NCBI GenBank assembly: GCA_034722055.1
Contig: JAYENL010000321.1
Coordinates: 1 to 17,396, forward strand
Length of the DNA: 17,396 nt
Direction: 5' to 3'
From: Armatimonadota bacterium
GTDB lineage: Bacteria > Armatimonadota > Zipacnadia > Zipacnadales > UBA5352
Below, piece after piece: positions 1 through 7,600 of this stretch (position 1 is its first letter; each line of letters starts with the position of its first letter). A program made the translations under genes and the position numbers. The notes beneath the pieces are model-generated. The model ran no database searches. It was given only the letters and a program-made list of their open reading frames with translations, and had not been told where the DNA came from.

Positions 1-666
1 GTCCTCATCCCTGTCCTCGTCGGCAGCGGCCTCGCCCTCGGCCTCTTCCTCCTCGGGCTCCTCCTCGCCGAGCAGCGCCTCTTCGAACTCGACCTCCTCC
101 TCTTCTTCAGCGGCCTCTTCCTCCTCGGCCTTCGCCTCCTCCTCGTAGGGATCTACGATCTCGCGACCGAGAAGCTCCTCGACGCTCTTCTCACGCCGGG
201 CTGCGACCTCGTTGGGGTCGTACAGGTCCTGCAGAGCCTTGAAGCAGGCCATAGCGCGGTTGAAGACGTTCCCGCTGCCCAGTGACTTGGTCAGGATATC
301 GCGGATGCCGCTGACCTCCACGATCTGCCGCACGGCGCCGCCGGCGATGATCCCCGTGCCTCGCGAGGCGGGCTTGAGCAGGATCACGGCACCGCCGACC
401 TTGGCCTTGACGGTGTGCGGGATGGTGTAACCGTCGAGGGGCACCCGAATCATATTCTGGCGCGCGAACTTCATTCCCTTCTCAATCGCGGAGGGCACGT
501 CGCGGGCCTTGCCGACGCCCACGCCGACGTTCCCGCGGCCGTCGCCCACCGCACAGACGACACGCGCGCTGGAGATCCGGCCACCCTTCACCGTCTTGCG
601 CGTGCGGTCAACGCGGACTACTCGCTCCTCGAGTTCCTCTGCGGTACCGAAAGCCGTTCTTGCCAT
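1..666 (-). CDS. rpsE: 30S ribosomal protein S5 (uS5) with long acidic C-terminal extension; 3' end runs off the window
   Basis: Manual translation from ATG at 666: [64 protein letters not shown]...[38 protein letters not shown]...[15 protein letters not shown]. The S5 signatures KxVKGGR, VGDG, GKARxVP and [12 protein letters not shown] are present. There is no stop in 222 codons. SD-like GAAAGGGA lies upstream. Confidence 0.97.
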   Translation of the reverse strand, partial: [222 protein letters not shown]

Positions 667-756
667 CTCTGCGGCTATCCCTTTCCGTACGGCTGATTCA
701 TGCCGGCGACGGATGAACTATCGCGCCCCCGAGCGGAATCCGGGGGCTGGACCCGG

Positions 757-785
757 ACTGTACCATGAATCCCCGGCACTGTCAA
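757..785 (-). promoter_or_regulatory. sigma70-type promoter for rpsE
   Basis: Minus strand: consensus TTGACA (785-780), 17-nt spacer, TACAGT (762-757) preceded by TGn (extended -10). Confidence 0.75.
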
Positions 786-826
786 CCTCACAAAGCGCGC
801 TCTTGAGTCGCCGCAGAACTGGCACC

Positions 827-855
827 TTGACCGCGCTACGGGCTTTCCATATAAT
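827..855 (+). promoter_or_regulatory. sigma70-type promoter for the membrane protein gene
   Basis: TTGACC (827-832), 17-nt spacer, TATAAT (850-855); near-consensus in a GC-rich background. Confidence 0.85.
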
Positions 856-905
856 TCCCCGCGGACCTCTGGCCCTCACCGCTCCAGCCCGGCCGGGGGC
901 GTTGA

Positions 906-1874
906 ATGGACGGCATTATGTTGGACGGCCTTATCATCATCGTCATCGCTGGGTTGTCGATCACGCTCGGCAGCATCATCGCTCGCATCGTGTCGCTCGT
1001 CAGCGCCCCATCCCAAGCCAACTCCGAAAGGGGTCGTCTGATGTCGAACGAAGATCGGGACGAGATGGTCGAGGATCAGCCCGCGGACGAGGAGTTCGAT
1101 GTTGAGGACTACGAGGTCGAAGAGACTGAGGAGCCAGAGCTGGCTGGCGGCCGGCCCGAGGGTGCGGGCGGCAGCAGCGCTGTGATCTGGGTGATCATCA
1201 TCGTGGTCATCGTCGCCCTGGTCGTGGTGGGGTGGTTCCAGTGGCAGGGGTACGTGGAGGAGCAGGCCCGGAAGGCTCGCGAGGATCGGCAACGGACTCG
1301 TGAGAGGCAGCTCCGCGAGGTGGCGCGCGACGTCTCCGAGGCGAGCGCCGCTCTGGAGAAGGGCGACGTCGATGAGATGCTCAGGATCCTCCGCGACGTG
1401 GATGAGAAGCTGCACATAATCCGCACCGCGGCCGCTCAGGCCGGCGACCTGGCGGCGGCCCAGCAGGTCAAGCAGATGCGAGACTCCGTCCAGGGCCTGA
1501 CCAACGATATCGGCCCCGAGTACCAGAAGCTCCAGGACCAGATCGAGGAGCTGCGGCAGAGAGCCACTCGGGAGATGGACGGCGTGCGGAAGGCCTTTGC
1601 AGGCTATCGCACTGGTCCTGCCGCCGGCGCTGGGGCTGAGACGGGGGCGCCCAGCGACGAGGAACCAGCCGGCATGGAGCCCGAGGAGCCAGCCGGCGAG
1701 GAGGAGACTGAGGCCGCCGCCGGCGCTGAGGAGGCGGAAGCCGCCGCTGAGGAGCCAGCAGAGGAAGCGCCACAGGCAGAGGCATCCGAGCAGCCGACTG
1801 AGGAGGGAGCGGAGGAGCCGGTGGGCGAGGAGGCCGAACCCGCTCCTCCCCAGCCTGAGGAGCCGGCAGCCTGA
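906..1874 (+). CDS. hypothetical membrane-anchored helical/coiled-coil protein with Glu/Ala/Pro-rich disordered tail (alternative start ATG 1041)
   Basis: 322-aa ORF with strong GC3 bias. It has a TM helix VIWVIIIVVIVALVVVGWFQW followed by a coiled-coil region and an EEPA-rich tail. ATG 1041 has SD GAAAGGGG; ATG 906 adds a second hydrophobic segment. Confidence 0.85.
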   Translation: MDGIMLDGLIIIVIAGLSITLGSIIARIVSLVSAPSQANSERGRLMSNEDRDEMVEDQPADEEFDVEDYEVEETEEPELAGGRPEGAGGSSAVIWVIIIVVIVALVVVGWFQWQGYVEEQARKAREDRQRTRERQLREVARDVSEASAALEKGDVDEMLRILRDVDEKLHIIRTAAAQAGDLAAAQQVKQMRDSVQGLTNDIGPEYQKLQDQIEELRQRATREMDGVRKAFAGYRTGPAAGAGAETGAPSDEEPAGMEPEEPAGEEETEAAAGAEEAEAAAEEPAEEAPQAEASEQPTEEGAEEPVGEEAEPAPPQPEEPAA

Positions 1875-1904
1875 GCGAAGCCACTCTGCGTCGGACGGAT
1901 ATCA

Positions 1905-1979
1905 GAGGCGCCATGCTGCAGCATCGCGCCTCAGCGGACCCCGGCAGATGCCGTTAATGCGGCGGCCGGTGTGGTCCGC
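1905..1979. repeat. two adjacent inverted repeats (possible terminator or mRNA-stabilising structure)
   Basis: GAGGCGCCATGCTGCAGCATCGCGCCTC (1905-1932) is a 28-bp palindrome with one mismatched pair. A second, bulged hairpin follows: GCGGACC-CCGGC...GCCGG-tgt-GGTCCGC (1934-1979). No U-tract. Confidence 0.65.
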
Positions 1980-1980
1980 C

Positions 1981-2009
1981 TTGTGATGTCTTCGCGATGG
2001 ATGTATCCT
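1981..2009 (+). promoter_or_regulatory. possible sigma70-type promoter for the HEAT-repeat gene
   Basis: TTGTGA (1981-1986), 17 nt, TATCCT (2004-2009), placed directly after the hairpins. Confidence 0.45.
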
Positions 2010-2083
2010 GGGCCCGAAGAGGCGAGGCCATCCCCTGAAGACTCGGCCACGCCTGCGGCCTGTCATCTGAGGATAGGCGATAC

Positions 2084-3403
2084 ATGAGTTCAGTGAGCGA
2101 GAAGGCCACGTCCCTCATCTCCAAGCTTCGATCGAAGAGCTCCGCGTCGCGCGACACCGTCATCTTTGAGCTGGTCGAGCTGGGCCCTGACGCTGTCACG
2201 CCGCTGATCGAGGCCCTCGACCACAAGGACTACAAGGTGCGCATGGCGGTGGCTGAGGTACTGGGCAAGATCGGCGACGAACGGGCTATCCCTCCGCTCA
2301 TCGAATCCCTCAGCGATTCCAGCAAGAACACCCAGGAGGCCGCGGCCGGGGCGCTCGCCGAGGTTGGCGACGCCGCCGTGCCGGCCCTTCTGGATGCGCT
2401 GATCGGCAGTGACCAGGCGGCCCGGAAGTGGGCGGCCGAGGCCCTGGGCAACATCGGTGACGCCTCGGTGGCCCAGGAGCTGATGAAGCGCCTCAACGAT
2501 CCTAACATCGAGGTACAGCGGGCCGCCGTCACCGCCCTGGGAGACCTGAAGAGCAAGCGCGCCATCGACCCGCTCATCGACGTGCTGCAGGACGACAACG
2601 TGGACCTCGCCAAGGCCGCCGCCGAGGCGCTGGGCAAGATCCGCAGCACGGTCGCCATCGAGCCGCTGATCGCCGCGCTGGAGTCGCCGAGCATCGACGT
2701 GCGCAAGGCCGCCGGTGACTCGCTGCGACGCGTCGGCTCCGCCGCCGTGCCGGACATCATCGAGGCCGTTCGCGGTGGCGATCCGCTGATGCGGCGGTGG
2801 GGCGTGGAGGTGCTCGGCGAGATCGGCGATGATCGAGCGCTTGACCTGCTGGTGGACTCCCTGGATGATCCTGACGAGCGGGTGGTGCGCTATGCCGCGG
2901 TGGCTCTGGGGCGGCTGGGCAAGGAGTCCAGCATCAAGTACCTCGAGCCCCTGCTGGAGCACGAGAACAAGGACATCCGCTACGCGGCCGTGGAGGGGCT
3001 GTCGGGCACCGGCAGCTACAAGGCCGTCGATCCGGTGGCCTCCTGCCTGCAAGACCAGGACTGGGTGGTGCGCATGACCGCCGCGGTGGGACTGGGCGAG
3101 ATCGGCAGCCGCACCTGCGTCGAGCCCTTGCTGCAGGCCCTGGAGGATAAGGAGTGGAGCGTGCGGCGGCACGCCGCGCTCTCTCTGGGCCGGGTGGGGA
3201 TCAAGAAGCGGGCCGTCGAGGCCCTCATCGACCTGACCGACGACCCCAAGGAGCTTGTCCGTAGCGCCGCCGCCCAGGCCCTCGGGGCGTTGGAGGACGA
3301 CTCCGCCATCGACTCCCTCGAGAAGCTGCTCAGTGACGAGGACCCCAAGGTGGCGGCCGCCGCCGAGGAGGCGCTGGAGAAGCTGGGCGTGGCGGTGGAG
3401 TAG
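2084..3403 (+). CDS. HEAT-repeat (PBS lyase HEAT-like / HEAT_2) solenoid protein
   Basis: About 14 tandem 30-32-aa units of the form AVxPLIxALxDxDxxVRxAAAxALGxIGDxR covering essentially the whole 439 aa. Confidence 0.95.
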   Translation: MSSVSEKATSLISKLRSKSSASRDTVIFELVELGPDAVTPLIEALDHKDYKVRMAVAEVLGKIGDERAIPPLIESLSDSSKNTQEAAAGALAEVGDAAVPALLDALIGSDQAARKWAAEALGNIGDASVAQELMKRLNDPNIEVQRAAVTALGDLKSKRAIDPLIDVLQDDNVDLAKAAAEALGKIRSTVAIEPLIAALESPSIDVRKAAGDSLRRVGSAAVPDIIEAVRGGDPLMRRWGVEVLGEIGDDRALDLLVDSLDDPDERVVRYAAVALGRLGKESSIKYLEPLLEHENKDIRYAAVEGLSGTGSYKAVDPVASCLQDQDWVVRMTAAVGLGEIGSRTCVEPLLQALEDKEWSVRRHAALSLGRVGIKKRAVEALIDLTDDPKELVRSAAAQALGALEDDSAIDSLEKLLSDEDPKVAAAAEEALEKLGVAVE

Positions 3404-3432
3404 GTGGCCGGGAACGGGTCAGAGAGGTCCAC

Positions 3433-3460
3433 AAACGACCCGGATTGCCGGGTCGTTTTG
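3433..3460 (+). terminator. intrinsic (rho-independent) terminator after the HEAT gene
   Basis: AAACGACCCGG-attg-CCGGGTCGTTT(TG): 11-bp stem, 4-nt loop, short T-run. A second GC hairpin follows at 3460-3491. Confidence 0.75.
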
Positions 3461-3497
3461 CCCTCCGGAGCCGCGGCGGCGGTCGGAGGGCCTCAGC

Positions 3498-3526
3498 TTG
3501 CGTTTTGACTGGGCTTGTCGTATAAT
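3498..3526 (+). promoter_or_regulatory. sigma70-type promoter for the lipoprotein (possibly the lipoprotein-dnaE-his run)
   Basis: TTGCGT (3498-3503), 17 nt, TATAAT (3521-3526). Confidence 0.75.
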
Positions 3527-3603
3527 CGCCCTGCCGTCCACCTGCTGCATCCCGGCGCGCACAGCGGCTATCACCGAGGCCGTCGCGAAAGGGCTGACCC
3601 ACT

Positions 3604-4572
3604 GTGAGGAGTCTGCTGGCTATCTGCTGTGGTATGGCGCTCATCGTCATTGCCGGCTGCCAGACCTCCGTGGACGTGCCTGGGAGTAGGGCTGAGGAGG
3701 AGGAAGAAGGGGGGAGGCTGCCGGCCCAGGAGCAACAGCGGTGGAATGAGCTCGTCACAAAGATTGAGAAGCTCGAGGAGCGCGGATATACGCTCGAGCA
3801 GCTTCTGGAGCGCCAGGAGAAGCAGGAGCAGGCCCAGGCGGTGCCGGCGATCGATAAGGACCTGATGGCGGCGCGGAGCGTGCTCGCCGACGCAATTGAG
3901 TATTCCAGGACCACGAGGACCAGCGAGACCGAGGGCGCGCTGCAGCGCCTGGACGCGCTGCTGCGCGCGGTCACAGATGACCTACCCGCCAGCCGGACCA
4001 TCGTCCGCTGCGAGCGGGCGCTGGCCTATCTGTCGCAGAATGCACTCAACGAGGCCGACGCCGAGCTGACCATGGCCTATGACATCGTCCATGAGGCGAG
4101 GGCGCAGTTGCGCCCCGGCCAGGTGGAGCAGATGATCCAGGGGAAGGCGCGTGAGCAGATCGGCGCGGGCCGCCCCCTGGATGCGGCCAAGGTGGTCCAT
4201 GCCATCATCGAGCGGTGCGCGCGACACCCCAGCCTGGAGACCATGCAGCGAGTGCGCCAGGGCCTCAGAGGCGCCAGCGATGCGCTGGAGCGCGGTGCCT
4301 GGCCGGTCGTCGAAGCCGAGCTGTTTGAGATCCACGGCGCGGTCACGGAACTGGGCGAGAGCATCCGCGTGCAGCCCCCTGAAGCGACGGCCGAGGAAGA
4401 GGCTGAGGGCGAGGAGGTCCTAGAAGAGGAAGCAGAGGGCGAGGCGGCCCTCGAGGGCGAGGCCGGCCAGGCCGAGGGGGCCGAGGCCGAGACCGGCGCT
4501 GAGGAGCTGGAGGGGGCTGCAGAGGCCACGCCTGAGGCCGCCATGCCATCGGAGGCGGGCGGTGCCCGCTGA
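3604..4572 (+). CDS. putative lipoprotein, all-helical (YfdX-like helical motifs), with Glu/Ala-rich tail
   Basis: GTG start with SD GAAAGGG. Signal peptide [19 protein letters not shown] with lipobox IAGC (Cys19). Amphipathic helical repeats and an acidic C-terminal tail of about 65 aa. Confidence 0.8.
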   Translation: [322 protein letters not shown]

Positions 4573-4632
4573 CGCCCTCCCATCCGCAGACCGTTCGTTC
4601 GCAGCACCGATCATCGCACCTCTTGAGGCGCC

Positions 4633-7600
4633 ATGAGCTCTCAGACACCGCCCTTCGTGCATCTGCACGTGCACACCGAGTACAGCCTGCTTGACGGCGC
4701 GATTGCGCTGCCGAAGCTGGCCCCCCGCGTTGCCGAGCTGGGCATGCCCGCCGTGGCGCTGACCGACCATGGCGTGATGTACGGGGCCATCGAGTTCTAC
4801 AAGGCGTGCCACGAGGCCGGCGTCAAGCCTATCATCGGCTGCGAGGTCTACGTGGCGCCCCGCACGCGCTTCGATCGAGATCCCCGCAGGGACCGCAACG
4901 CCTACCACCTGGTGCTGCTCGCGAAGGACCTGCAGGGCTACCGGAACCTCGTGGAGCTGACCTCCCGGGCCTCGGTGGAGGGCCACTACTACAATCCTCG
5001 CGTGGACCTGGAGCTGCTCAGCACCTGCACGGAGGGCCTGATCGCCCTCAGCGGCTGTCCGCAGGGAGAGCTGGGGAAGCTGCTTGGAACCGGGGACATG
5101 GCCGGGGCCCGGCAGCTCGTCGGGCAGTACCGGGAGATCTACGGGCAAGACAACTACTTCCTGGAGATACAGGACCACGGGTTGGAGATCGAGGGCCAGA
5201 TCATGCCCGGCATCGTCGAGATCTCGCGTGAGATGGACGTGCCGCTGGTGGCCACCAACGACGTGCACTATCTCAACCGCGAGGATCACCGCTACCACGA
5301 CATCCTGCTGTGCATCGGGACGAACTCCTGCGTCAGCGACGAGAACCGCATGCGCATGGAGACCGAGGAGTTCTACCTCAAGTCCCAGCAGGAGATGGCG
5401 GAGCTGTTCTCGGAGTACCCGGAGGCGCTGGCGAACACCATCGAGATCGCCGAGCGCTGCAACGTGGAGCTGGAGCTGGGCAAGCTGCGCCTTCCGCACT
5501 ACGACGTACCGGAGGGCCACGACCTCGACAGCTTCCTGCGGCAGCGCTGCCTGGCGGGCGTCCACGAGCGCTACGACTGCCAGCCCGGCCAGGAGCCGCC
5601 GGAGGTCATGGAGCGGCTGGAGTACGAGCTGGACGTCATCCAGCAGCAGAACTACTCGGGGTACTTCCTGATCGTCTCCGACCTGTGCAACGAGGCGCAG
5701 CGGCGGGGGATGCTGATCGGCCCCGGGCGCGGATCGGCCACCGGCTCGATGGTCGGGTACGTGCTGGGCATCACCCAGCTCGACCCGCTGGAGTATGGGT
5801 TGATCTTCGAGCGCATGCTCAACCCCGAGCGGGAGAGTCCGCCGGACATCGACCTGGACTTCCCGGACGACCGGCGGCAGGAGATCATTGAGTACTGCAA
5901 GGAGAAGTGGGGCGAGGACCACGTCGCCCAGATCATCACTTTCAACACTCTGGGCGCCCGTGCGGCCATTCGCGACGTGGGCCGCGCGCTGGGCGTGGAG
6001 CTGGACAGGGTGGATGCGCTGGCGAAGCTGGTGCCCTACGGGATGGAGATCGCCGAGGCCCGGCAGGCCATCGGCGACCTGCGACAGATGCTGGATCGGG
6101 ATCCGGAGCTGGCTGAGGTGCTGGACGCTGCTGAGCATCTGGAGGGGCTGGCGCGGCACTCCTCGGTACACGCCGCCGCAGTGGTGGTGTCCGACGAGCC
6201 GCTGATGAATAAGGTGCCGCTCAAGCGCGACGAGGACGAGGCTATGCCCGTCACCCAGTACGCCATGGATCCCGTGGCCGACGTGGGTCTGGTGAAGATC
6301 GACCTCCTGGGGCTGAAGACCCTGCAGGTGGTCGCGAATACCATCGACCTGGTCCGGGAGCGGCACGGCGTGGAGATCGACCCGCTGGACATGCCGCTGG
6401 ACGATGCCAGGACCTACGAGATGCTCTCGCGGGGCGAGACGGATGCGGTGTTCCAGCTTGAGAGCGAGGGCATGCGCCGGATCCTCCGCCAGCTCAAGCC
6501 GGATTGCTTCGAGCACATCATCCAGATGATCGCGCTGTATCGCCCCGGGCCGATGCAGTTCGCGGATCAGCTCTGCGAGCGCAGGCATGGGGCGGAGGTG
6601 CAGTACCCGCACCCGGACCTGGCGCCGATTCTGCAGGAGACCTACGGAGTCATCCTCTACCAGGAGCAGGTCATGCGCACCGCCAGCGAGCTGGCGGGCT
6701 TCAGCATGCCGCAGGCTGAGCTGATCATGCGTGCCATGGCCAAGAAGAAGCAGACGCAGATGGAGCAGATGAAGCCCCTGTTCATGCATGGGTGCGTGGA
6801 GAACGGCATCGACCTGGCCTGCGCGGAGGACATCTTCCAGCGCATGGAGACGTTCTCGAACTACGGGTTCAACAAGTCTCACAGCACCGGCTACGCGCTG
6901 GTCGTCTACTGGACGGCCTACCTGAAGGCCAACTACCCGGCGGAGTACATGGCCTCCCATCTGACCACGGTGATGGACTCCAGCGAGGATGTGGCGAAAT
7001 ACGTGGCGGCCTGTCAGAAGATGGGGCTGGAGGTCCGGCCGCCGTCGGTCAATGCCAGCAACGCGGAGTTCTCCGTGGACGACGAGGGAGCCATCACCTA
7101 CGGGCTGGCCGCCATCAAGAACCTGGGGCAGAACACCGCCTGGGCGGTCCAGCGCCAGCGGGAGGAGGACGGGGCCTTCCGCGGCCTGGCTGATTTCTGC
7201 GCCCGGGTGAGCGCCAAGGACATGCAGCTCTCGGCGCTACAGCTTCTCATTCAGGCGGGGGCTTTCGACGAGTTCGGTGAGCGCGCGGCGCTGCTGGCCG
7301 CCGCCCCTGCGGCCTACCAGGCGGGGCAGCGGCGGCAGGCCGACATGGCGGTGGGCCAGAGCTCGCTGTTTGGCGGCGACGACGGCCTCGAGGACACTGA
7401 GGAGGTCGCCCTGCCGGACGTGGAGCCGCTTCCGAATCAGGAGAAGCTGCGGCTGGAGAAGGAGCTGCTGGGCTGCTGGATCTCTGAGAACCCGCTGGTC
7501 AAGACGCGCGAGAAGCTGGAGCGCTGCACCACTGCAAAGCTGTCGGAGCTGACCGACTTCCCTGACGGCCTCGAGCTGGTGGTGGGCGGGATGGTCAAGA

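Noticed and set aside
902..1105. His-rich reading (TTG start; ...RHYVGRPYHHRHRWVVDHARQHHRSHR...) resembling a his attenuator leader peptide in a window containing his genes
   Set aside because: The CAT triplets are the shifted-frame shadow of C-ATC Ile codons in the 906 frame. It lies about 7 kb and several promoters/terminators away from hisD, and no attenuator terminator follows.
212..1105. Plus-strand ORFs 212-430, 415-696 and 509-1105
   Set aside because: They are antisense to the clear rpsE gene and/or span the promoter region, and have no protein-like features.
1650..1874. Short GAGGAGCC-type direct repeats suggesting a CRISPR or tandem array
   Set aside because: They are irregular, in-frame codon repeats encoding the EEPA-rich tail, with no constant repeat-spacer periodicity and no cas genes.
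3505..3510. TTGACT as the -35 for TATAAT at 3521
   Set aside because: The spacing is only 10 nt; TTGCGT at 17 nt is the geometrically valid -35.
4633..5330. Idea that the DnaE PHP domain supplies the missing PHP-family histidinol-phosphatase for the adjacent his cluster
   Set aside because: Only adjacency supports it. The domain looks like a standard replicase PHP, and the phosphatase gene is commonly located elsewhere.
4420..6960. 846-aa antisense ORF opposite dnaE, plus other long antisense or alternate-frame ORFs (2090-3172, 7237-8211, 8271-9323, 11514-12440, 15255-16286)
   Set aside because: Typical shadow ORFs of high-GC3 genes, with no recognisable motifs and full overlap with well-supported genes.
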